Shown one piece after another: positions 15,748 to 23,772 of a DNA stretch of 41,914 bases. The stretch lies in assembly GCA_043812555.1 (NCBI GenBank), contig JBDRLZ010000010.1:1-41914 (forward strand). The letters run 5' to 3'. The translations under genes were made by a program, and so were the position numbers. This stretch comes from a bacterium. Lineage in GTDB: Bacteria; Patescibacteriota; Minisyncoccia; JBDRLZ01. Numbering within the stretch: the stretch's first letter is position 1; every line of letters begins with the position of its first letter. The notes below the pieces were generated by a model. The model had not been told where the DNA came from. It did not search any database and was given only the letters and a program-made list of their open reading frames with translations.

Positions 15748-16572
15748 TTATTTTTGAGCTTTTCTTAATGCTACCATTTTATCAAGCAGGTCGTTCATAG
15801 AAATAAATATATCAGGATATCGTTGCAAAGCTATTATTGCCCTAAGAGAGTCTGTTTCTGTTTCTTCCACTGCTTGATAAATATTGTTCTCAAGCACAAG
15901 CAGAGCGATTTGCTCTTTGTGAATATTTTTCCAAGAAGAGGGAATTGAAATTTTTTTCAATTCTTCCACAATTTTTTTATTGTCTTGAAGCAATTCTTCA
16001 ATCTGAGAAAAGTTCTTTGTGTCTATTGCTTGTTGCATTATTTCAACGCTTGTTTCTGCGCTTTCTGATGATAACAAAAATTCTATTTTAGAACTAAACT
16101 TTTCAAATAAATTATACATTTTAGAAACATATTCTTCAATTGCTTCGGGGCTGTTATTATTTGCAATCTTAATTTCATCATCTGAAATTTCAGGCAAAGG
16201 GAAAACTGTTTCAGGGTCAACACCTGCTTGTTTGAAAGCCTCATCTACAAGCTCTGGGCTTGCTTCCAGATTTGCTACATCAAAATTGGTTAAAAGCGCA
16301 GTAGCCGCTAAACTTTGGCTTAATTTTTTAGTTAAGTTGGTTTCTTCTGGAGCGTTATTGAACTTAATAGGCGAGCTTCCTATTGACGGCATTTGCAATT
16401 TCTCCACACTCTTAGAGCTTTCTTCCTGCTTCTTTTTTTTAGAAAATAAACTAAAAATTTCCCCAAAATCAATTTTTCTATCCTTAAACACCAAAAATCC
16501 GCCAGCGGAAGCGACTGCTAGACACAGGAGGATTGTGAGAGTGATTAGGAGTTTGGGAGATTTTTGATTCAC
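15748..16572 (-). CDS. hypothetical membrane-anchored protein
   Basis: 274 aa. N-terminal TM helix (LLITLTILLCLAVASAGGFLVF) and an acidic helical ectodomain. It is the first gene of the minus-strand block. Confidence 0.6.
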   Translation of the reverse strand: MNQKSPKLLITLTILLCLAVASAGGFLVFKDRKIDFGEIFSLFSKKKKQEESSKSVEKLQMPSIGSSPIKFNNAPEETNLTKKLSQSLAATALLTNFDVANLEASPELVDEAFKQAGVDPETVFPLPEISDDEIKIANNNSPEAIEEYVSKMYNLFEKFSSKIEFLLSSESAETSVEIMQQAIDTKNFSQIEELLQDNKKIVEELKKISIPSSWKNIHKEQIALLVLENNIYQAVEETETDSLRAIIALQRYPDIFISMNDLLDKMVALRKAQK

Positions 16573-16585
16573 AATAATAATTTTT

Positions 16586-16614
16586 AATTTCTAATTTTCA
16601 ATTTCTATTAAATT
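16586..16614. repeat. AT-rich repeat, copy 3 (left arm of an inverted pair)
   Basis: AATTTCTAATTTTCAATTTCTATTAAATT. Confidence 0.65.
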
Positions 16615-16629
16615 ATCAATTTTTAATTT

Positions 16630-16916
16630 TTAAACTTTTTGCTTTTTGTCTAGGGTGTTGGTAATTTTTTGGAATATTAAGTGGAGCTCGTGTGCTTCTT
16701 TCCATAACTCTCTGCATCTTTTTGCTTGTTCAGGCACTGTTTTTGCCAACATCCGCAGCCAATGCTTGTAGCTGATCTAATTAATTGTCTAATTATATCA
16801 CGGTTAATTTCGTCTTTTCTTATTTTTCTAACAAAATCTATTATTTGCTCGCCGAATTTCGCTGTTCTTTCTTCAAGATTATAAGGTTTATCTGTTTTGT
16901 TTGAAAATTTAGTCAT
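16630..16916 (-). pseudogene. four-helix-bundle protein (23S rRNA intervening-sequence protein family), frameshifted or internally deleted
   Basis: The N-terminal 52 aa (YNLEERTAKFGEQIIDFVRKI...RQLIRSATSIG) match the family. The frame then decays (CGCWQKQC...). Family-like C-terminal sequence (ELWKEAHELHLIF) appears in another frame that ends at 16630. Confidence 0.5.
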
Positions 16917-16920
16917 TCAA

Positions 16921-16956
16921 AATTTAATAGAAATTATAAATTGAAAATTAGAAATT
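16921..16956. repeat. AT-rich repeat, copy 4 (right arm, inverted relative to copy 3)
   Basis: AATTTAATAGAAATTATAAATTGAAAATTAGAAATT is the reverse complement of copy 3 apart from a 6-nt insertion. Confidence 0.65.
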
Positions 16957-16966
16957 CATTTTATAA

Positions 16967-17011
16967 AGTATAGCATATTTTAGCTTTTTCCGCAGGTGAA
17001 ATTGTGGATAA
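16967..17011 (-). promoter_or_regulatory. extended -10 promoter (TGCTATACT) with an upstream TTATCCACA box
   Basis: Minus strand: TTATCCACA (17011-17003), TGC-TATACT (16975-16967). The -35 is weak (TGCGGA). Confidence 0.45.
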
Positions 17012-17035
17012 CTTTTAGATTTCACAAAACTACCC

Positions 17036-17680
17036 TTAGCCCACAGATAACTTTTCCCATTGCTTTAAGCTTAAGTCTTCAGGCCTTAAATCAGAGTTAA
17101 TATTAATGGTATTTTTAAGTTTTTTGCGTTTTTGGGAGAATGCTTTTTTAACTAAATTAAAATCTATTTTATAAGGCTTTTTGCGGGGGATTATTTTAAT
17201 AATTGCAGAGTCTACTTTTGGGACTGGTGAAAAAGCGGTTTTTGGCACAAGAGATATTATTTCTGGCTTGCCCCAAGATTGCACAGAAATAGATAAAATA
17301 GAGCCTTTTTTACTGCAAATTCTTTCAGCAACTTCTTTCTGAAGCATATAAACAGAGAAGAAACCGCTAAATTTTCTTAAAATTTTGCCAGTAATATAAT
17401 ACGGCATATTGCCAATAATTTTGTAGTTAGGAGCTGGTAGCTTGTAGTCTAAAATATTTTTGTTAATAATTTGGACTTTTGGGATTTTTAACTTGCTTGC
17501 TAGGTTTTTGTCTAGCTCTACGGCAATGACTTTTTTAACGCGTTTGGCGATTTCGCGCGTTAAAACGCCTTTGCCTGGCCCAATCTCAAGAACTTTGTCG
17601 TTTTTTGACAAATCAGCCGCTTTAATAATTTGGGCTAAAACTTGTTTGTCCACAAGAAAGTATTGACCTAATTTAAGCAT
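17036..17680 (-). CDS. rsmA: 16S rRNA (adenine1518/1519-N6)-dimethyltransferase, short form
   Basis: GQYFLVD, VLEIGPGKGVLT (SAM motif I) and GNMPYYIT (motif IV). 214 aa. Confidence 0.88.
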   Translation of the reverse strand: MLKLGQYFLVDKQVLAQIIKAADLSKNDKVLEIGPGKGVLTREIAKRVKKVIAVELDKNLASKLKIPKVQIINKNILDYKLPAPNYKIIGNMPYYITGKILRKFSGFFSVYMLQKEVAERICSKKGSILSISVQSWGKPEIISLVPKTAFSPVPKVDSAIIKIIPRKKPYKIDFNLVKKAFSQKRKKLKNTININSDLRPEDLSLKQWEKLSVG

Positions 17681-17701
17681 TGTGCTATATTAAAATTAAT
17701 T

Positions 17702-18676
17702 ATGGATCCGGCAAAACGGAGCATCATAGCAATAACTACAGGAGTTATTTTAGTCAACCTAGCTTTTGGCCAGGCCTTTTTATTTACCAAAAAAGAGCAA
17801 AACATTGAACAATTTACTTTGCCGAAAGAAGCAGAACAGCCAATTCGCAATTCCAGTATTTTAGCCGCTTTAATCAGTCCGGAGCTCAAAGATGATAATT
17901 TAGTTATTGTACAGGAAAATAGCATATTAAGCACATCCGCGCCAGCCGCTGTTTCAGGCAAAGAAATAACTAAATACGAGGTTCAACTGGGCGATTCGCC
18001 CTCAACCATTGCCGCCAAGTTCGGTGTTAGCGCTGATACAGTGCTTTGGGCTAATGGCTTAAAAAATGGCGATTTTATTAAACCGGGCGACCAATTAGAC
18101 ATTTTACCAATAACCGGCGTTAAACACAAAGTCCAATCTGGCGATACTTTAAGCAGTATTGCAGTTAAATATAATGCTAATTTAGAAAAAATTATTGCTT
18201 TTAACGAACTAATCTCCAGCGAGCTTGAGCCCGGACAAGCGTTGATCATTCCTGACGGCAGGATTAAAATAGAGATTAAAAAGAGCTATGCCAGCCAAAA
18301 ACTGCCTAACTTGTCTGGTTATTTTGGTTATCCGACAACCGGCCGCATTTCTCAAGGCTTGCATCCATACAATGCGATTGATATTGCTAATACTTGCGGC
18401 ACATTTATTTATGCCGCAGCCGCCGGAGAAATCATTATTGCTGATTCAGATGGCTGGAACGGCGGAGCAGGAAAATATATTAAAATTGAGCATCCTAATG
18501 GCACAGCGACTTTGTATGCCCACTTAAGCCAAATATCAGTTCAAGTCGGCCAAAAGATTGCTAAAGGACAGAAAATTGGTCTTATGGGCTATACTGGCAA
18601 CACAAGACCAGCCGGCCCAGATGGTTGTCATTTACATTTTAGCGTTTACGGAGCTAAAAATCCATTAGCGAAATAG
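17702..18676 (+). CDS. LysM-domain M23 family metallopeptidase (cell-wall hydrolase)
   Basis: N-terminal TM helix. Two LysM repeats (YEVQLGDSPSTIAAKFGV; HKVQSGDTLSSIAVKYNA). M23 signatures (HPYNAIDIA; IEHPNGTATLYAHL; CHLHFSV). Confidence 0.88.
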   Translation: MDPAKRSIIAITTGVILVNLAFGQAFLFTKKEQNIEQFTLPKEAEQPIRNSSILAALISPELKDDNLVIVQENSILSTSAPAAVSGKEITKYEVQLGDSPSTIAAKFGVSADTVLWANGLKNGDFIKPGDQLDILPITGVKHKVQSGDTLSSIAVKYNANLEKIIAFNELISSELEPGQALIIPDGRIKIEIKKSYASQKLPNLSGYFGYPTTGRISQGLHPYNAIDIANTCGTFIYAAAAGEIIIADSDGWNGGAGKYIKIEHPNGTATLYAHLSQISVQVGQKIAKGQKIGLMGYTGNTRPAGPDGCHLHFSVYGAKNPLAK

Positions 18677-20162
18677 ATCTGTATTGCAAAGCTTCAGCAA
18701 TATATTGGGCCTGAATATTATTATCTTGAGCTAAGTCGGCAATTGTCCGGCTTATTTTTAAAATACGATGATATCCTCGCGCTGAAATATGCATTTGGTC
18801 AACTGCTTGGCGCAAAAGCTGTGTGCCATGAGTATCAATTTTGCAAAATTCAGCAATTTGAGCTAAAGACATTTGGCTGTTAATAACAGCTCTTTTTAGT
18901 TGTTTGTTTCTAGCTGATTGGACTCTCTCTTGAATTTGGCTTGATGATTCAGATGTTTTTTCCGAAGCCAGTTTTTTGTATTTTATAGCTGAAACTTCAA
19001 CGCAAAGGTCAATACGATCAAGCAGCGGACCGGACAATTTTTTACGATAGTGTTTAATTGATGAAGCAGAGCAAGTGCATTGATGATAAGGATCTGAAGC
19101 ATAGCCGCAGGGGCACGGATTCATCGCGGCGATTAAAATAAAATTAGCCGGAAAATCAACAGAATAATTGGCTCTGGAAACCGTGATTTTTTTGTCTTCC
19201 AGGGGCTGACGCAAAGCTTCTAAGGCGATTCTTGAAAATTCCGGGAATTCATCTAAAAATAAAACACCATGATGAGCCATGCTGATTTCGCCTGGCTTTG
19301 GCCAAGTTCCTCCGCCAACCAAAGCTATGTTTGAACAAGTATGATGAGGCGCTCGAAACGGCCTCTGCTGGATTAAAGGGCTTTTATTAGACAACAGACC
19401 GGCAATGCTATAAATCTTGCTAACTTCTAAAGCATTCTTCATGGATAATCTTGGCAGTATTGAGGGCATTGCTCGGGCGAGCAGGGTTTTACCAGCGCCA
19501 GGAGGGCCAGAAAGCAAAATATTATGCCCGCCGGCAGCAGCTATTTCTAAGGCTCTTTTAACATGTTCCTGACCTTTAATATAAGCCATATCAAATAAGA
19601 TTTTTTCTTGGAACAGCTTTTGTTTGTGAATATAAGGCTTGATAATGCTTTTTTTATTAAGATGATTAATTAGCTCTTTTAAATTTTTAACTGATATTAT
19701 TTTAATCTTTTTAACCAAGCCAGCTTCAGCCGCGTTTTTAGCTGGCACATAAAGCTCTTGGATTTTTTTCTTTTTTACCAAAATGGCCATTGGCAGAATG
19801 CCGTTAATAGGCCTGATTGAGCCGTCTAAAGATAATTCACCGACAAAGAGTTTGTTTTTTGCATTAAACGCAATTTGCCCGGAAGCTAACAAATAACCCA
19901 AGGCAATTGGCAAATCATAAGCCGGGCCTTGTTTTTTTAAATCAGCTGGCGCTAAATTCACAGTTAAGCAATGGCTTTTTTTGGGCGGCATAGCTCCGCT
20001 ATTTTTTACTGCGGCGCTGACTCTTTGCCGTGATTCCTGGACAGCTGTGTCAGCCAAGCCAACAATTGTAAAATGGTGTAAGCCAGCTGAAATATCAACT
20101 TCAACATCAATTATTTGCGCGTCTAAACCAACGATCGCAGCTGATTTTAATTTAACTGACAT
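18654..20162 (-). CDS. comM: YifB/ComM family Mg-chelatase-like ATPase
   Basis: Lon-like N-domain. AAA+ Walker A (LSGPPGAGKT) and Walker B (VLFLDEFPEF). Cys cluster (NPCPCGY...CTC). Confidence 0.9.
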   Translation of the reverse strand: MSVKLKSAAIVGLDAQIIDVEVDISAGLHHFTIVGLADTAVQESRQRVSAAVKNSGAMPPKKSHCLTVNLAPADLKKQGPAYDLPIALGYLLASGQIAFNAKNKLFVGELSLDGSIRPINGILPMAILVKKKKIQELYVPAKNAAEAGLVKKIKIISVKNLKELINHLNKKSIIKPYIHKQKLFQEKILFDMAYIKGQEHVKRALEIAAAGGHNILLSGPPGAGKTLLARAMPSILPRLSMKNALEVSKIYSIAGLLSNKSPLIQQRPFRAPHHTCSNIALVGGGTWPKPGEISMAHHGVLFLDEFPEFSRIALEALRQPLEDKKITVSRANYSVDFPANFILIAAMNPCPCGYASDPYHQCTCSASSIKHYRKKLSGPLLDRIDLCVEVSAIKYKKLASEKTSESSSQIQERVQSARNKQLKRAVINSQMSLAQIAEFCKIDTHGTQLLRQAVDQMHISARGYHRILKISRTIADLAQDNNIQAQYIAEALQYRSISLMDF

Positions 20163-20511
20163 TTTTTTGTTTGCAATTTAAACAAAGTTCGGTTTCTGGA
20201 ATAACTTCTAGTCTTTTTTCTTGAATAGGTTTTTTGCAATTGATGCAAATACCGTATGTTTTATTTTTGATTCTTTGCAAAGCCTTTTCAATAGACAAAA
20301 GACGGGTTTCTAAATTATATTCAACCGGCAGAGTATCGCCATAAAGAGTAACCTCTAAGGCATTATCATCTTTGGCGCTGCCAAAATCCGGGAAAACAGT
20401 ATCATAATCGCCTTTGAGTTTTTTGTCTTTTTTAGCAAAACGCTTCAGCTCTTTTTTTATAGCTTTGCTCTCTTTTTCTAATTGTTTTTTGATTTTCTTA
20501 AGATCCATCAT
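20152..20511 (-). CDS. DksA/TraR-type C4 zinc-finger protein
   Basis: CINCKKPIQEKRLEVIPETELCLNCK at the C-terminus and a coiled-coil N-terminus. Confidence 0.75.
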   Translation of the reverse strand: MMDLKKIKKQLEKESKAIKKELKRFAKKDKKLKGDYDTVFPDFGSAKDDNALEVTLYGDTLPVEYNLETRLLSIEKALQRIKNKTYGICINCKKPIQEKRLEVIPETELCLNCKQKNVS

Positions 20512-21481
20512 ATAATAAGGCGCTAATAATTAAACGCATATTTTGTTCAGAAGTAGTAATAATCAGCTTATTTTTAATTAAGGCGTAATGCAAGCTTTGG
20601 GACAAGTCATTTGTGTCTTGAAATCTAATCACAATATTAGGATATTCCCAGTTATTTACTTTAAATTTTTCTTTTGGCGGAGCTATATCCAGAAAAAGCC
20701 AAGTTAAGTCCTGGGCCATTGCTTTTTCCCAAAAAACCATTTCAGCCAAACTAGCCAAAGCATCAGAAACCTGCAGAACTAAACCCATTTTTTTATCTGA
20801 AAAAACAATCAGATTATAGTCTTTGTAATTCAAGTCGCGGGGGAGATTAAGAGCATTGTCGGTTTTAGTCTGTATTATCTGTGGGATATTGGGCAAAAGT
20901 CCAGTTTGCGGCTTTGGCGCTGGTTCTGGCTCTGGCTCCGGCTTTGGCGCTGGTTCTGGCTTTACTACTATTTGCTGGCCTGGCAGTTTAAGAAGATAAT
21001 ATCCTCCGAAACCAAGAGACATCAAAATTATTCCTAAAATTAAAATTATTATTGTTTGTTTGAGCTGTCTTGGTTTGTCAGTGTTAACAGATTTTTCGAC
21101 AATTTTAATAACCGGCTTTTCTACTATTTTTTCTACTATTCTTTCAACAGGAACCCTAATTTCTTTAATCACTTCTCTAATAACTGGCTTTTCTACTATT
21201 TTTTCTACTATTCTTTCAACTATTTTTTCAACAGGAACAGGGACTTTGATCTCTTTGATAACTTCTTTAATAATAGGCTTTTCTACTATTCTGATTTTTG
21301 GCTCTTCTTTGGAAATAATAGGCAATTCTTTTGGCGGCGGAGCTTGTTTAAATATTTTAGCTTCTTGAATGTCTTGATTCTGAAAAACAGCCTTTTTTAA
21401 TTTTAGGCTTTGCAAATCATCGCGCATTGTTCTAACAAATATCTTAGGCGCGATAGCTGGTTTTCCTCCTGGCAAAGTCAT
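20498..21481 (-). CDS. repeat-rich single-pass membrane protein, hypothetical
   Basis: Tandem (V/I)EKIVEKPVI(K/R)EVIKEI(K/R)VPV repeats, a TM helix (IIILILGIILMSLGFGGYYL) and a PEPAPKPEPEPEPAPKP linker. The start may be the internal Met at 21427, because 21444-21481 overlaps pnp. Confidence 0.6.
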   Translation of the reverse strand: MTLPGGKPAIAPKIFVRTMRDDLQSLKLKKAVFQNQDIQEAKIFKQAPPPKELPIISKEEPKIRIVEKPIIKEVIKEIKVPVPVEKIVERIVEKIVEKPVIREVIKEIRVPVERIVEKIVEKPVIKIVEKSVNTDKPRQLKQTIIILILGIILMSLGFGGYYLLKLPGQQIVVKPEPAPKPEPEPEPAPKPQTGLLPNIPQIIQTKTDNALNLPRDLNYKDYNLIVFSDKKMGLVLQVSDALASLAEMVFWEKAMAQDLTWLFLDIAPPKEKFKVNNWEYPNIVIRFQDTNDLSQSLHYALIKNKLIITTSEQNMRLIISALLYDGS

Positions 21482-23150
21482 TGGCTTCTTGAATAATTTT
21501 TTGAATCCAGTTAATTGCCCTTTGAGCTTCTTCGGCTTTTTCCGAAGTGATTATTGTTGTTCCGTCGTCTTGAATATCAATATCAACCCCAGTGTTTTCA
21601 GTAATTTCGCGAATGGTTTTTCCTCCTTTGCCAATTATATCACCGATGTTTTTTGGCGGTATCTGGATAGTATAAATCCTAGGGGCAAAAGACGATAGTT
21701 CTTGACGCGGACTCGCAATAACTTTTTGCATTTCGTGCAAAATCTCTAAACGGGCTTTTTTACTTTGGACAAACGCTTTTTGCAATAACTCTAGCTCAAC
21801 ACCAACGGTTTTCACATCCATTTGAAGAGCTGTTATTCCCGAATCTGTTCCGGCTATTTTAAAATCCATTAACCCATAATGGTCTTCCGGCCCTTGGATA
21901 TCAGTTAATATTGTTTTTTTATCTTCGCTTAATCCAAGAGCAATTCCGGCAACAGGTTTTTTTATTGGCACTCCAGCGTCCATTAAAGCTAAAGTAGATG
22001 CGCAGACAGATGCCATTGAAGAGGAGCCGTTAGATGATAATACCTCTGAAACAACTCGGATTGTGTATAAAAATTTTTCTTTATCAGGGATAACATACAT
22101 AAGGGCTCGCTCTGCCAAAGCGCCATGGCCGATTTCCCGCCTGCCCGGTCCGCGCAAAGGAGCGACTTCTTGTACTGAATATGGCGGAAAATTATAATGA
22201 TGCATAAATCGTTTTCTCCCCTCTGTTTCCATTGTTTCTAAAAACTGCTCATCGCTTGGAGGCCCTAAGGTCACAATACTTAAAACTTGAGTTTGGCCCC
22301 TTGTAAAAAGCCCTGATCCATGGGTTCTGGGCAGTAGCCCCACCTCAGCCGATATCGGACGGATATCGGATAAGCCCCTCCCATCGGCTCTTTTTCCGTT
22401 TTTTACTAATTTTTCGGGCTTTTCAGGATCAATAGACAGATCTTGCAGCTCCGGCTCTAATTTAACAGGATTTATATCTTTAATAACTTCTTCTTGAAAA
22501 TCAATGATCTTTTGAACATATTTTGAACCAACTTCAATCGCTCTGATAACATGCTCTTCCTTGGCTTCTTTGGCTTCTCCCTCAAGCATGTTTATCTGAT
22601 TTTTAGGACCTGCAATGACCAAATCTAAATCAGCTTTTTGCCGGCAATTATAAGACGCGTTAAGAATCATTTGTTTATTAATAATAGCAATGCGGCAGGC
22701 TCCAATTGGCCCATCCCATGGAATATTAGAAATTCCTAGGGCCAAAGAAGCGCCAATGATTGCTGGAATATCAGGGTCATTGTCTTCATCAATAGAGAAA
22801 ACAGTGATAATTATTTGGATATCATTGCGAATTCGTTCGTCAAACAGCGGCCTGAGGCACCGATCAACAAGCCTGCCGGTTAAGATTGCTTCATCAGAAG
22901 GTCTGCCTTCTCTTTTAACCCAGCGGCTGCCTTTAATTTTGCCGGCGGCATATAGTTTTTCTTCATAATCAACCATTAATGGCATATAATCTACTTCTTC
23001 CCTTGGTTCTTTGGCCATAACAGCAGTTGCTAAAATTAAAGTGTCGCCGTATCGAACCGTAACAGCGCCATTTGCCTGCCCGGCTAGCTTGCCGATTTCA
23101 ATGATTAAGTCTTTGTTGCCGAATTTTGTTTTATATTGTTTTGGCTCCAT
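21444..23150 (-). CDS. pnp: polyribonucleotide nucleotidyltransferase (PNPase) lacking the C-terminal S1 domain
   Basis: Two RNase PH domains (GQANGAVTVRYGDT...; RADGRGLSDIRPI...THGSGLFTRGQTQ). KH domain (IGDIIGKGGKTIREI). The protein ends ~40 aa after KH. Confidence 0.9.
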   Translation of the reverse strand: MEPKQYKTKFGNKDLIIEIGKLAGQANGAVTVRYGDTLILATAVMAKEPREEVDYMPLMVDYEEKLYAAGKIKGSRWVKREGRPSDEAILTGRLVDRCLRPLFDERIRNDIQIIITVFSIDEDNDPDIPAIIGASLALGISNIPWDGPIGACRIAIINKQMILNASYNCRQKADLDLVIAGPKNQINMLEGEAKEAKEEHVIRAIEVGSKYVQKIIDFQEEVIKDINPVKLEPELQDLSIDPEKPEKLVKNGKRADGRGLSDIRPISAEVGLLPRTHGSGLFTRGQTQVLSIVTLGPPSDEQFLETMETEGRKRFMHHYNFPPYSVQEVAPLRGPGRREIGHGALAERALMYVIPDKEKFLYTIRVVSEVLSSNGSSSMASVCASTLALMDAGVPIKKPVAGIALGLSEDKKTILTDIQGPEDHYGLMDFKIAGTDSGITALQMDVKTVGVELELLQKAFVQSKKARLEILHEMQKVIASPRQELSSFAPRIYTIQIPPKNIGDIIGKGGKTIREITENTGVDIDIQDDGTTIITSEKAEEAQRAINWIQKIIQEANDFARRKTSYRA

Positions 23151-23169
23151 GGGGTTTATAAATTTAATT

Positions 23170-23673
23170 TTATTTTATTAGATATCTCTTTTTTTCCAAG
23201 CTTAGGTCGATAAAATCGTCAGCTGTTTCTATTAATTTATGCGACGCAGACTTGGCAAAAGCAATAACCTCGACTTGTTTGCCTAAATTTTTCAAATATT
23301 CAATTAATGGCACAAAATCGCCATCGCCAGTAATTAAAATAACTACATCTATGGTCTCGGCTAGCCTAATTGCGTCAACCGCTATGCCGACATCCCAGTC
23401 TGCTTTTTTCATGCCGCCTAAGAATATTTGCAGGTCTTTTGTTTTTGTTTCAATGCCAAACTTAGTTAGAGCTTCAAAAAAAGCTTTTTCTTCACCGCTT
23501 TCTGTGCGAATAACATAGGCAATTGCCCTAATAAGCTTGCGGTTGGCAACAGCTGTGCTTAGTATTTCTTTAAAATTAACTTTTGCGCGATACAGGTTCT
23601 TGGCCGAATGATACATATTTTGGACATCAATCAAAACAGCGATTCTTTGTTCTTTATGTTTTATTATGGACAT
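23170..23673 (-). CDS. NYN/LabA-like domain protein (full length)
   Basis: IAVLIDVQNMY, DWDVGIAVDA and VILITGDGDFVPLI motifs. An extended -10 (TGCTATGAT) lies 6 nt upstream of the ATG. Confidence 0.85.
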   Translation of the reverse strand: MSIIKHKEQRIAVLIDVQNMYHSAKNLYRAKVNFKEILSTAVANRKLIRAIAYVIRTESGEEKAFFEALTKFGIETKTKDLQIFLGGMKKADWDVGIAVDAIRLAETIDVVILITGDGDFVPLIEYLKNLGKQVEVIAFAKSASHKLIETADDFIDLSLEKKRYLIK

Positions 23674-23772
23674 GATTTAATCATAGCATAGTTATTATTT
23701 ATCTTCAAGCCCTTGCCTTTTAAAAAGCTTTTTGTTAAAATACTTTTAAGCTTAATAATTATTAAAAAAAAT

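Noticed and set aside
16630-16916. Four-helix-bundle gene as the Avd component of a diversity-generating retroelement targeting the Cys-rich surface proteins
   Set aside because: The window has no reverse transcriptase ORF, and I could see no template/variable repeat pair with adenine-specific differences. The gene itself looks decayed.
5110-16956. AT-rich repeats considered as a CRISPR array
   Set aside because: There are only four copies, kilobases apart and separated by genes. Their length and orientation vary. There is no regular repeat-spacer periodicity and there are no cas genes.
17668-17961. 97-aa minus-strand ORF spanning the rsmA start and the M23 peptidase N-terminus
   Set aside because: It overlaps two well-supported genes. 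Its sequence has no motifs and its start lies inside the M23 coding region.
21056-21400. Two overlapping plus-strand ORFs (114 and 102 aa) with striking repeats (FYYFFYYSFN..., STIFSTILST...)
   Set aside because: The periodicity only mirrors the tandem DNA repeats of the minus-strand gene 20498-21481. Two frames are open at once, which is the expected artefact of a repeat without stops.
23713-23772. TTG-start N-terminal extension of the thioredoxin-like ORF
   Set aside because: The extension (MPFKKLFVKILLSLIIIKKN) precedes an ATG that gives a canonical signal peptide. The extension would bury that signal peptide internally.
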